Positions 8,694 through 17,806 of a DNA stretch of 64,000 nt are shown piece after piece. A program made the translations under genes and the position numbers. The DNA lies in the IMG/VR virus record IMGVR_UViG_3300035137_000026, positions 1 through 64,000 of that record, one strand, 5' to 3'. A model generated the notes under the pieces. The model saw only the letters and a list, made by a program, of their open reading frames with translations, ran no database searches and was not told the DNA's origin. Source of the stretch: a virus. Position 1 is the first letter of the stretch. Every line of letters begins with the position of its first letter.

Positions 8694-9604
8694 TGTTAGG
8701 ATTCCATTCGTGGAGTTTTACTATAATTCCTCCACACTTAGGATAGTATGACTCTTTTATATTTCCATCACTGTCTTGTATCTTAATTGTACCATCTAGT
8801 TATATATCATCTGGTGCCCACTTTTCTGGAACGTTAAAGACAGGATGTTTCTTGGCATTACCTAGAGCCATCTCAAGTGCTTTTATTATAGGGCTAGGTT
8901 CCTCGTGTCCACTGAAAGTTATTGGACATGAAGACATCGCCCAGGCCTGGATTGGTTCACTCGGGGTTGCGACCTCAAGCATCGGAGCGATTTCGCTCGG
9001 TGCCTCGGACCTGCAACCCCTTCCCGGTCAGATCTGACCGGGTGGATTGGAAAGAGCATGAAGCATCTCTGCTCGTGATTTTGGCTTGGGAGCAGCGCAG
9101 CGACTCAGGATGCGTTTCCATCCATTTCTGGCTTCCACTGCTTCGCCGAGGATATTCACCAGTTCGTCGTGGTCCACGCGGTCATCGGATTTGGGTACGT
9201 GATTCTCGGCATACTGGGCGTGGAGTCGTTTGCGGTCGGCGGGGCATTTAGATTGCTCCAGAATTCGGCCTTAGGCTTCACAGGCGTAGGCGAACTCCTC
9301 TCTTAGACTATAGAGAGTATATATCTTACCATTCTGCTCTATCTCTTCTTGTACTATACGATAGTTCCAGGTCATTGGTGTTCCACGCATTTCTTGGGGT
9401 GTCCGTTCTCGTCAAAGACTGGTGCCATACCCATATAGCCACGTTGTTGTCTCCATGATGTATAGGCAGAGACAATATATTCATGGCCTTCTATGCAAAC
9501 TATACCTATTGCATCTGGATCAGCAAGCACCTCTTCACTAAGTTTGTCTTTACTGGTTTTGCATCCTAATGTAATAGCAAGAAGGAGTATTAATAAATAT
9601 TGTA

Positions 9605-10726
9605 TTACATATCTTCCTCAAGGCGGAATCCAAGACCAACTGGGAACTCTGGAATTCCGTCCTTGCTTAGGCTTTGATACTTTACTGTAATCATCTTGCC
9701 CATGTGTTCTTCTGCTGTCTCGAACCACTTTCTCTTCTGTTGGAGTGTGCCCTTCGGGACTACGTCCACTGTCTGGTCTTCTCCTACCCTACAGACCCAG
9801 ATTACACAGTTCTCGAACTTACCTTCACCATCCTTAAACCCTATGATTTCATACTCAGCGTCCTGGAAGTCCTTGTACTTAAGTAGTGCCCTAGATCTAT
9901 TAGCTAGCTCATATGTTCCTTCGGGTAGGCGGATGATGGTCCCCTCGAATCCATTCTGCGTTGTACCAGAGTGGAACATCTCAAAGTCTTTGTAACTTAA
10001 GAGTGAGGTGGTGATGACCGATCTGAGTATGGTGCCATCTACATTAAGATGTGCAAGATGCTGGACTCTCTCCTGGAATGGCTGATCTAGCTTGTCGAGC
10101 ATGAATGTATCGTAGATCCAGAATTCTAGATCTTTGCTACAGTATCCTGTGTCTTCATATTCTTCTTTTCTGTGTTTCTTGACCAGGGCGTTGATGTCCT
10201 GTCTCATTAGCCTATGGATGTAGATCTCGCCGTCTAGTACTTGGCCTGGCAGGAGGACTGCCTCTAGTGCTTCAGATAGGTGGGCTACGTGGTATTCTTT
10301 GCCGCCTCGAGAGAGAAGCTGAACCTTGTCTCCATTCCAGCGGGCTAGACAACGTATCCCATCTAGCTTTGGTTGGGCATACACATGGCCATCCAGCATA
10401 TGCTCCCGCTTTGCTCTTGCCATCTTTGTCATGTCATGTGCTAGCATTGGGAGGAAGACTAGTTCATTCTCTGCCTCTTGGATGGACTCGAAGTATCCCT
10501 TGTCCTTCTTCTTGGTCCACATTGACTGGGCTGTCAGCTTAGCCTGCTCTTCAGGTGTAGTCTCATTCTTTTTTCCGATGCTTTTGCCTTTAGCAGTCTT
10601 GCTACTGGTCTGCATCTTGCCGTCTACTTTGCCATGTTCAGTAATGATTTCAGCGTCTTCGGTACGGAGCGACCACTGCTGGAAGCTGCCGTTCTTGTTC
10701 TTCTTATAGAGTGTAGGAAACTGCAT
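9605..10726 (-). CDS. lig: ATP-dependent DNA ligase with WGR-like N-terminus
   Basis: QPKLDGIRC, LDGEIY, EGTIIR, LLKYK, C-terminal OB fold (ITVKYQ...PEFP). Confidence 0.92.
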   Translation of the reverse strand: MQFPTLYKKNKNGSFQQWSLRTEDAEIITEHGKVDGKMQTSSKTAKGKSIGKKNETTPEEQAKLTAQSMWTKKKDKGYFESIQEAENELVFLPMLAHDMTKMARAKREHMLDGHVYAQPKLDGIRCLARWNGDKVQLLSRGGKEYHVAHLSEALEAVLLPGQVLDGEIYIHRLMRQDINALVKKHRKEEYEDTGYCSKDLEFWIYDTFMLDKLDQPFQERVQHLAHLNVDGTILRSVITTSLLSYKDFEMFHSGTTQNGFEGTIIRLPEGTYELANRSRALLKYKDFQDAEYEIIGFKDGEGKFENCVIWVCRVGEDQTVDVVPKGTLQQKRKWFETAEEHMGKMITVKYQSLSKDGIPEFPVGLGFRLEEDM

Positions 10727-11494
10727 TTATATCTCCTCAGTATGGACTATAGCGCCTCGTCTGTGCTCTGTTAGATAGCCTGGCTGATTGGACACTAGCT
10801 TAGTTTTGCTTAGCTCATGGGTCGCTGTCACATGGTCATGCCCGTATATCCATAACTTAGGACCATGGTCAATTACTAAGTTAGAAAGGTCAGAGTGGAA
10901 ACCATACTTTATACGGCTATACCTGTAGTGCGGTGAGCATGTTATAGATGACGGGCTGTGATGCGTGACTACTACGGTTTTGCCCTCGAACGGTTTCTTC
11001 AGCTCTTCCTCGAGCCAGTCACGACAGGCCTCAAATTCTGCATGGTAGTCTGTGTGGTTAAAGGTAACCAAGATTGGCCTCTTCTTCCTCATGGGCAAGC
11101 CTTTTACTCTTATCTTAACAAAGTCGTTAAGGCCATGCTGCACAGACATTGCATGCATAGGATTAGATAGGTCTGACCATAGTGTAGTACCTAGAAATCT
11201 GACCCCATCTATTATATGGGACTGCCTCTCTAGCAGTACAGCATCTGGCACTTTGGCTACCTGATTTCTATAATTCTCCCTTATGTCTGGAAATGTGTGC
11301 CCATAGTATTCATGGTTCCCCATGACATAGATGAACTTGGCCTTGCTACTAGCTCGAAGACAGAGTAGATAGCTTTTCAGAAGCTTAGGACACACATGAA
11401 TGTCGCCGGCTAGTATAAGAACGTCCACATCTGGAACTGGAATGATGTCGTCACACATCTCACAGTGTAAGTCACTTATATATCCTACTAGCAT
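10727..11494 (-). CDS. calcineurin-like metallophosphoesterase
   Basis: SDLH, LAGDI, GNHEYY, VVVTHH, WIYGHDH. Confidence 0.9.
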   Translation of the reverse strand: MLVGYISDLHCEMCDDIIPVPDVDVLILAGDIHVCPKLLKSYLLCLRASSKAKFIYVMGNHEYYGHTFPDIRENYRNQVAKVPDAVLLERQSHIIDGVRFLGTTLWSDLSNPMHAMSVQHGLNDFVKIRVKGLPMRKKRPILVTFNHTDYHAEFEACRDWLEEELKKPFEGKTVVVTHHSPSSITCSPHYRYSRIKYGFHSDLSNLVIDHGPKLWIYGHDHVTATHELSKTKLVSNQPGYLTEHRRGAIVHTEEI

Positions 11495-11629
11495 CCTGTC
11501 TCTCCTTCTTAAGGTACTCGGTGGCTTTGACTGGAGGATTACTACAGCTTTCACAGTACCAGTTGAACTGGTATCCGTCGAATTCTCCATGGAATGTGTT
11601 GCCGCTACATTTGAGGCATTCTGCGTTGC

Positions 11630-11830
11630 TCATACTTTGTGTTCCCGTAACTGGGTCTCTAATTCGGCTGCCCGTCGCCGGAGTTGACTTCCCTCAGACT
11701 TGTAAACCCGGCGGCCACATTCTATGCAGTAGTAAAGTCCAACAGCTGGTTCGCCGAGTTCGACGATCTTACAGCAGTCAGGACACCAACCAGTCCGTGG
11801 TGGCAATGTTTCTGTTTTGGTAGTGTTCAT
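11630..11830 (-). CDS. small Zn-finger protein
   Basis: CPDC...CIEC. Confidence 0.5.
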   Translation of the reverse strand: MNTTKTETLPPRTGWCPDCCKIVELGEPAVGLYYCIECGRRVYKSEGSQLRRRAAELETQLREHKV

Positions 11831-12198
11831 GCGATCTCCTTGACTAATGGGATATTCTTAAGCTCTTCTTTGATCCAACTCAGCTGTTGCTTGTGCCATG
11901 ACTCGTTCTTATTAGTAAGCGATACTTCACGCTCTATCTCTTCTATCCACTCTCGTTTTTGCTGTCTTCTCTGTGCTCTTAGCTGTGCTTGGATGGGTCT
12001 TTTGTAGTGCAGTCTCTTAGCAGGCTTAGGATGAGGAGTAATATTGCCGCTGCCGTCGATATAGTATAGCTCAGCCAACTGCTTGGCTATATCATCTTCG
12101 GCTTGCATGTATCTAGTCTTATTTTTGGGAGCCCACCTCATCTTGTGGGGTTTGCATATTTTGCAGCTACGCTTCTTAGTTTTATATATCTTGCCCAC
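11827..12198 (-). CDS. hypothetical basic protein
   Basis: ORF track; CKICKPHK motif. Confidence 0.5.
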   Translation of the reverse strand: MGKIYKTKKRSCKICKPHKMRWAPKNKTRYMQAEDDIAKQLAELYYIDGSGNITPHPKPAKRLHYKRPIQAQLRAQRRQQKREWIEEIEREVSLTNKNESWHKQQLSWIKEELKNIPLVKEIA

Positions 12199-12289
12199 TA
12201 TGGAGGTGCCTCCGAAAGTAATGTCTTGGGCTTATTATATCATCAAGTAGGATCAGAGGACCTTGATAGTACTAAGAGCCCAGGACCGG

Positions 12290-12374
12290 GAGCGGGATAT
12301 GGAGTCGAACCATCGCAATGTGTTAGACGTCTCCAGCTTATGAGACTGGCATGTTACCATTATACTATCTCGCT
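12290..12374 (-). tRNA. tRNA-Met(CAT) with long variable region
   Basis: Loop CTCATAA; 18-nt variable region; A5-C68 mismatch. Confidence 0.75.
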
Positions 12375-12376
12375 AG

Positions 12377-12449
12377 TACCAGGGGATGGATTCGAACCAT
12401 CGTATAGAGGTTTATGAGACCACTGCGTTAGCCTCTTCGCCACCCTGGC
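12377..12449 (-). tRNA. tRNA(CAT), Met or Ile2
   Basis: Cloverleaf GCCAGGG/CCCTGGT, loop CTCATAA. Confidence 0.85.
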
Positions 12450-13070
12450 TCAGCTGTTGATTATCTTCTCTGCTTCTCCTGCTGAGTATCTAGCCTTGAC
12501 TTGTGTTACCCATGCAGCAGTCTTTGCCTTAGCCATTACTAGTTTGTGCCTTGAACCTGCTTTGGCCACTATGCCTTCGAAGCTGGCACCTTCTAGTCTA
12601 CCCTCCCAGACCTGTTTTATTAACCCAGGATCATAATTCATAATACCTAAGTAATTAGGTACACCACCATACTGACGGAATAGTTGTAGGAATTCTGCTG
12701 GGCCTAAAATACCTTGTCTATGGGGTGCTACATCGATAAGGGTGAGATACTTCTCATCCTCTGGCTCGTGTAAGCCAGCAAACGAGTGCTTGCCCCAAAA
12801 CTCAAAGAAGCAGGTAGCCTCCTCATACTTCTGCTTTTGGAGTATCTTACTGATCTCCTTAAACCGGAGGTCTTGTGTCTTCATGACGGTAAAGACTTCA
12901 TGAAACACTGGGTCTGTGTGGTCCAAGAGCCTTCTGCGGGTGCCGAACTTATGTCACCCATTCTTCTTGGACCACTCCATTCTGATGTTGGAGCTATCTA
13001 TCTTCTTAAAGATGTGTGCCTTGAAATACGGTGCTCTGCCTGCTCCAGGTATGCTTGGGTATGACTTCAT
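12450..13070 (-). pseudogene. RNA-ligase-like nucleotidyltransferase interrupted by in-frame TGA (12954-12956)
   Basis: MKSYPSI...FKKIDSSNIRMEWSKKNG*HKFGTR...FEFWGKHSFAG...FEGIVAK; KxDG motif reads KIDS. Confidence 0.7.
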
Positions 13071-13072
13071 TT

Positions 13073-13678
13073 CTAAACCTTAATGTACATGTTTGGTACT
13101 TCATCTACAAGCCAGACACCATTTTCTGAGAGATAAAATCTATACCCGTTTTGTACCATTGGCAAGGTATTAATTTTTAGGACTACCGTTTGTCCTCCAT
13201 GCCGGCGACCAACCTCTTGTGCTGTCTCGAGGTCTGCTGATAGGTGAACATGGTGTCTCTTCATCTTGTTGAGGCCACCAGTCATCTTTATCTGCTTGAA
13301 TCTCTCCGCTGTTGTACCATGATATAGTACTGGAGGTGGCATCTTGTCCTCAAAGGTCATACCAACATCAATACTATGTCCTTGATTCGCACGAATCTTC
13401 CTCTTGTCATCATTATAGGAGAACCGTTGCTTGTTATTCTTTTCTACTACACGATCTAAATCGTTATGTGAGATGGCTAGGCCATACTTGGATAGTTGGT
13501 TGAGTAGTGTTTCCACATCTGCCCAGCCACCCTTCTCTAAAGTTATTCCTATCTTCTCAGGCTTGTGGCGTAGGAGAAGAGAGAGAAACTTACTTGTCCT
13601 TTTATCCTTATGAAACTGCTCAGACTTAACTTGCTTCTCATGTCTGTAGCGCTTCATATATTCTTCATTCAGATCCAT
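13073..13678 (-). CDS. kptA: RNA 2'-phosphotransferase (Tpt1/KptA)
   Basis: SKFLSLLLRH, KQRF, IRANQGHS, LYHGT, RHHVHLS, SENGVWL. Confidence 0.95.
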   Translation of the reverse strand: MDLNEEYMKRYRHEKQVKSEQFHKDKRTSKFLSLLLRHKPEKIGITLEKGGWADVETLLNQLSKYGLAISHNDLDRVVEKNNKQRFSYNDDKRKIRANQGHSIDVGMTFEDKMPPPVLYHGTTAERFKQIKMTGGLNKMKRHHVHLSADLETAQEVGRRHGGQTVVLKINTLPMVQNGYRFYLSENGVWLVDEVPNMYIKV

Positions 13679-13921
13679 CTTTGCTCTCTGATTCTGAAAA
13701 TAGGCTTTAGAGCCAATCTATAAGTGAGAATCTTTTCTTCCAGAATGGGCATATTTTAGGATATGCACGTCTCATTGTTGCACAATCGGCGTAGCTACCT
13801 AGGACATTGGTTTGTGCTTTGCATTGCATAAGGAGTGTCTACTCGACGCTACCTTTCCTACACTTACAATTTCCACATGAGTTTGTTTTCTATATCCATG
13901 GTAAAATCCTGAGAAAAATTT

Positions 13922-14462
13922 TTATTGATTTGGGTTTTGTAAGGCAGATTCTTTAAGTATCTTAAGGGACTTCACTATCTCATTGTTTGTATCTGCGTGT
14001 ATATAATCATTGCCGACAGTAACATGTACTTTTGGAAATAGTTTTCTACCTATTGTTTTTATTACTGTTTCTTTCCAAGAGATATTAACAACCCTTCTTC
14101 TAGGACCAATTGTAATGTGTCCAATTTCAGATGTTATTCTGAACTATGGTTTATCTAGGCAGCATGCTTCAGAGCAATATTCATTTGGAATTTCTTCTAT
14201 ATAGATTGGAGTGAGGCCAGCTTGGATAAATGACGACTTGAAAAAGACGAGATTTCTCTTTGTTCTCTTTAAATTGAGGATTTAATTTAACAGTTGCTTT
14301 TCGTAGTGCAGATGTAATGGAGTCTCTTGCTCTATTGAGTAAGCGATATAGGTCTGGGTCGTTCTTAATTGAATTATAATCTGGAGCATTAATTCATATT
14401 TTAACGCCATAAATGCCTGTGGTATCACTAGTCTCTGATTTTGTTGCTGTTGTGTATTCCAT
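13922..14462 (-). pseudogene. disrupted hypothetical gene (TGA 14394-96, T-run frameshift near 14240, TAG 14144-46)
   Basis: Protein-like translation across the lesions: ...PIYIEEIPNEYCSEACCLDKP*FRITSEIGHITIG... Confidence 0.6.
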
Positions 14463-14474
14463 TGATTTTCCTTA

Positions 14475-14549
14475 AGCCTCTAGCCGGACTCGAATCGAGC
14501 ACCTCGTGGTTGGAAGCCACGCATGCTAGCCATTAAACACCATAGAGGC
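14475..14549 (-). tRNA. tRNA-Gly(TCC)
   Basis: Loop CTTCCAA; T stem imperfect (A53). Confidence 0.8.
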
Positions 14550-14552
14550 AAA

Positions 14553-14664
14553 AGAGATGTTGGGTTGAATTGGCAACCATATCCATATACAGACATGAAC
14601 TTACCACAACCCCCGGGTCGACAAGGACTCTCGTCCAAGCTGTATCGCTGCGGGGAACATCTCT
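14553..14664 (-). ncRNA. 112-nt structured RNA, three-way junction
   Basis: Terminal 9-bp AGAGATGTT/AACATCTCT; CCCCG/CGGGG arm with GGAC-GAGA-GTCC; TGGTAA/TTGCCA and CATGTC/GATATG arm. Confidence 0.6.
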
Positions 14665-14666
14665 AG

Positions 14667-14776
14667 TACTCCAGACAGGATTTGATATCTGCAATATAGA
14701 GACACAACAAAGTTACTCTACCACTTAGAAAGCCTTAATAAGACAATGTGCTGCGTCTAACTTCCGCCACTGGAGT
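14667..14776 (-). ncRNA. tRNA-like RNA with 40-nt anticodon loop
   Basis: ACTCCAG/CTGGAGT acceptor, Leu-type D arm, GCACA/TGTGT stem, T arm. Confidence 0.7.
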
Positions 14777-14784
14777 ATAAATAA

Positions 14785-15066
14785 CTAGTAGTGTGCTATT
14801 ACGCCAAATACTCTAACGGTCTCTAAAAGCATCTCCAGTTTTTCGTTCCTACACACTTGAACTGGATTAAGTCTATGGCTTAGCCCATGAACATTGCATA
14901 TCTGCATTACTTTTAGAATTGTACTTGTTTTTCCCGTAAGTAGTTACTACTAGGGTGTTGTAGTGGCTCCCGTTCGCTTTTCATAGATTAGCTATGCCTC
15001 TTACTATCACTAACTACTTTCGTAACTCTTTAAAGGATGGCCGCTTCTAAGTCCACCTCCTACTAG
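14785..15066 (-). ncRNA. 23S rRNA GTPase-associated-centre (H42-H44) mimic with 220-nt insert
   Basis: CTAGTAGGAGGTGGACTTAGAAGCGGCCATCCTTTAAAGAGT-[220 nt]-GCGTAATAGCACACTACTAG matches 23S positions about 1051-1108 as recalled. Confidence 0.8.
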
Positions 15067-15070
15067 ATTG

Positions 15071-15197
15071 TACGGGTGGCAGGATTTGAACCTGCACGGT
15101 AGCTTGGTAATCACTCGTAAAGAGCGGACTCGAACTGCTAGAGCTACCTAACTCCTGCCACATACCAAGTTGTGTTTAACCATTCCACCACACCCGT
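15071..15197 (-). ncRNA. tRNA-like RNA with about 55-nt insert in the anticodon arm
   Basis: ACGGGTG/CACCCGT acceptor, Leu-type D arm, CTTGGTA/TACCAAG stem, GCAGG-TTCAAAT-CCTGC T arm. Confidence 0.75.
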
Positions 15198-15206
15198 ATA
15201 ATAAAC

Positions 15207-15296
15207 GAGCTAGCACGTCTGACTAGAGAGGCCACCCCCGTACCAGACTGTATCCAAATTTGTGACCCGGTTAAAGGTAAGATTAGATGCTAGCTC
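15207..15296 (-). ncRNA. structured RNA, motif copy A
   Basis: GAGCTAGCA/TGCTAGCTC closing stem; CAGTCTGGTA...CTAGTCAGACG. Confidence 0.5.
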
Positions 15297-15368
15297 AATG
15301 GGCATATTTATCTTGAGGGTTCCCTCTTGCACGTGCACTCAATTCCCTGCCCAGGGTGTTGATAAGTT

Positions 15369-15426
15369 AACTGGTGCGTCTGACTAGTCGACTTTTACCA
15401 GACTGCAGTCCACCTGGGCACCAGTT
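15369..15426 (-). ncRNA. structured RNA, motif copy B
   Basis: AACTGGTGC/GCACCAGTT closing stem; same CAGTCTGGTA...CTAGTCAGACG motif. Confidence 0.5.
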
Positions 15427-15428
15427 TA

Positions 15429-15501
15429 TGGGCGGTGAGAGACTCGAACTCTTGCTGTCTGCCTTGTAAGGGCAGCATTTTAGCCACTAAATTAACCACC
15501 C
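15429..15501 (-). tRNA. tRNA-Val(TAC)
   Basis: CTGCC-CTTACAA-GGCAG anticodon arm. Confidence 0.85.
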
Positions 15502-15635
15502 TTTCCCAGAGATAGATTTACTTCTTAAGCTTCTGGCGTGCTCTTCTCCTGCGATTCCTAATAGTGTTACTTTTACCTTGCCGGCCTCCATCGGGGGCTG
15601 CGGCCCCGTTTCGGCTAAGCAACCCATTCACGGCA

Positions 15636-16349
15636 TCAATCACCATTGGGACCACCGAATACGATTTCACCGTATGGGGTGTCGACCATCGCCCAGCCGA
15701 GTTCGTTCGGCCCGGTCGGTATAGCCACGGCCAGCCCGTGCAGGTATGCATCACGGAGCCCGCGGGACAAGATATTCTCAGGAAAATCAACCCACCCTCT
15801 CCGCGATGCATAATACACCGTGAGGGCGGACCTGGCGGACCAGGCGGACCTGGCGTCCGAAAACTTTTTCAGTTTCCACTCCAACTCGCGGGCCGTCAGG
15901 GCCTCGCGTAAACCCTCCTCCACGGCTGCCGCGTCATGGATCGGTCGCCCGAGTGCTGTGTGCCACGCGAGCTGCTCATCGACTAGCTCTTCAGAAAGAT
16001 CTCCCGCGCGAAAAACATTCCGCGTCAGATCCTCTATTGACGATCGTAAATCTGCGATCTCTCTCGTGACCACCCATGTCGCCGCACGGAGTTTGTTTCC
16101 GCGCTCAACAACCCCGTGACGTGGTGCCTCGACGGCAAATAGCCTCGAGGGCCAACCGTCCGGCCACAGCCCTGCGATGCGCAACGCATCGGACGCATGC
16201 GCGCATGCATTCCAACCTGCACCGCACTCTGCATCGCCACTATCTACCGGCACTACTGGCAGCTGGTACGGCGTGATCCCATCCCAGACTGGCCGCCCTC
16301 TCTGGATCGGTGATCGCAGATCATGCGTGAATACTTTGTGAGCTTTCAT
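15636..16349 (-). CDS. GC-rich hypothetical protein with short SAR repeats
   Basis: ORF track; local GC clearly above the flanks; GGCGGACC repeats near 15825-15856. Confidence 0.6.
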   Translation of the reverse strand: MKAHKVFTHDLRSPIQRGRPVWDGITPYQLPVVPVDSGDAECGAGWNACAHASDALRIAGLWPDGWPSRLFAVEAPRHGVVERGNKLRAATWVVTREIADLRSSIEDLTRNVFRAGDLSEELVDEQLAWHTALGRPIHDAAAVEEGLREALTARELEWKLKKFSDARSAWSARSALTVYYASRRGWVDFPENILSRGLRDAYLHGLAVAIPTGPNELGWAMVDTPYGEIVFGGPNGD

Positions 16350-16373
16350 TCCTGTTTAATTAACCTCATTCTA

Positions 16374-16712
16374 TTACTTCTTACAGTCTGTTGTCTTCAT
16401 GGATACTCCACCATATTCATCGTAATTTTCACCTGTTGCTAGTAACGTTGGAGTTTGACTGGGCCACTCAAGCCATAGATGAGTAATTCTACAGACAACT
16501 GGATCCTCACTCTCTACGTAAGGAGACCAGACTTCATCTCCTACTTTCAACACTTTACCATTATGGTCTTTGAATAGAAGAGCTTTATCACCTTTTAGTT
16601 GCTGGAGTTCTAGCTCTAGCTCTTTGATCCGTTGTTCTTTATTTCTATTCATTTGTGTTCCTGCTAAAAGTTGAACTCGTTTCTTTGGGATTGAAAGCCC
16701 TAGTCTGTCCAC
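16374..16712 (-). CDS. hypothetical protein
   Basis: ORF track. Confidence 0.5.
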   Translation of the reverse strand: MDRLGLSIPKKRVQLLAGTQMNRNKEQRIKELELELQQLKGDKALLFKDHNGKVLKVGDEVWSPYVESEDPVVCRITHLWLEWPSQTPTLLATGENYDEYGGVSMKTTDCKK

Positions 16713-16787
16713 ACAGTCACGCTCTCATGTATTTCTGCGTGGCAGTTACACATAGTATCTATCAAGCCTTCCATTGAGCTACAGGAG

Positions 16788-17240
16788 CTAAAGTCCTAGT
16801 TGTCTTGTAATCCTCTCTAGCTCCTCTAGGCCGGAGAGGTTTCTAATAGCATCCTCGAATCCCTCTGGCAGATTCAATTTGAACCCTTTGTCTAGCATGG
16901 CTCTCAGTGTGCTAATGAGGTTGTTGCCTATGCCTGACTCTTCGAAGACCGTAGTCTTTTCTGCATCATTGAGAGTTCCATCATTATGCTGGATGAGTAA
17001 CTCTATCCAGAGTTTGGCAAACTCTTCTGATGAGAGGCCCAGTGGTCCGGCTCCGAAGGTCATGGTTTTGCCCTGTGCCTCTAGCTTCACAGCCACGCCA
17101 GTTTTGCCTTCTTTATCTATGCACTGGACTACATAGATATCCTCGTAGTCAAAGCCTATCTTGCCTAGGAAGTAGTGTATGGCCAAGACTTCCCTTGCTG
17201 TTCTCTCGGCTGACTCTATTGGTGTTAGCTCCTTTGGCAT
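16788..17240 (-). CDS. hypothetical protein
   Basis: ORF track. Confidence 0.65.
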   Translation of the reverse strand: MPKELTPIESAERTAREVLAIHYFLGKIGFDYEDIYVVQCIDKEGKTGVAVKLEAQGKTMTFGAGPLGLSSEEFAKLWIELLIQHNDGTLNDAEKTTVFEESGIGNNLISTLRAMLDKGFKLNLPEGFEDAIRNLSGLEELERITRQLGL

Positions 17241-17555
17241 CTAGAACCTCGACACGCTGGGAGTATCCTGTGGATTTCCGGGACCGGGATCTTTTACCTT
17301 GGCTTTGTCGTTCTGGAGTTTGCCTTCTACTACCTTTTGTAGTTTCGGCGATGGATTGCCGGTTACCATAACTCTTGTGATGTCGAAGTACTGGGAGTCC
17401 TGAATTTTCCCATCCTTGTCTAGCTTGGTGGGCCTAATATCTACTTGGTCGCATCCTGTTAGCTACTCGAGCTTGCAGCATATAATGCCCTTAAAACCTG
17501 TCACTACATCATATGCTAGTGCGCCCATTGGAAAGTCGTCTAGCTTTGTGCCCAT
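17241..17555 (-). pseudogene. hypothetical gene with in-frame TAG at codon 31 (17463-65)
   Basis: MGTKL...DVVTGFKGIICCKLE*LTGCDQVDIRP...; the frame stays open to a TAG abutting the next ATG. Confidence 0.6.
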
Positions 17556-17580
17556 CTTGTACTTTACCTTTCTTTGCTAG

Positions 17581-17654
17581 CAGGAGCAGCAGAATTTGAA
17601 CCTGCAACACCCGGATTTGGAATCCGGTGCTCTACCAATTCGAGCTATACTCCT
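17581..17654 (-). tRNA. tRNA-Trp(CCA)
   Basis: CCGGA-TTCCAAA-TCCGG, G73. Confidence 0.92.
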
Positions 17655-17658
17655 AAAT

Positions 17659-17783
17659 GGGGAAGCAAGGACTTGTTGCGCCGATTATGAGTACAGGGCC
17701 TTGCATAATGCGACTCTGTCGGCATTGCCTGCTTATACCAACCCTGATGAGCAGGTTGCTTATTATTTCCACCTTGCTACCCC
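17659..17783 (-). ncRNA. 125-nt structured RNA with probable pseudoknot
   Basis: GGGGTAGCAAGG/CCTTGCTTCCCC closing stem; CCTGCT/AGCAGG hairpin whose loop CAGGGT pairs with GCCCTG. Confidence 0.6.
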
Positions 17784-17806
17784 TTAAGGGACTGATCAGG
17801 TCTCGA

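Noticed and set aside
14805-15024. Canonical group I intron in the 23S mimic
   Set aside because: Boundaries fit (U before, terminal G), but I found no P7 GACU/AGUC pair or R/S elements in the right order. Kept only as a hypothesis.
17735-17755. Hammerhead core CTGATGAG on the plus strand
   Set aside because: No stem II followed by GAAA, and it is on the strand opposite to transcription.
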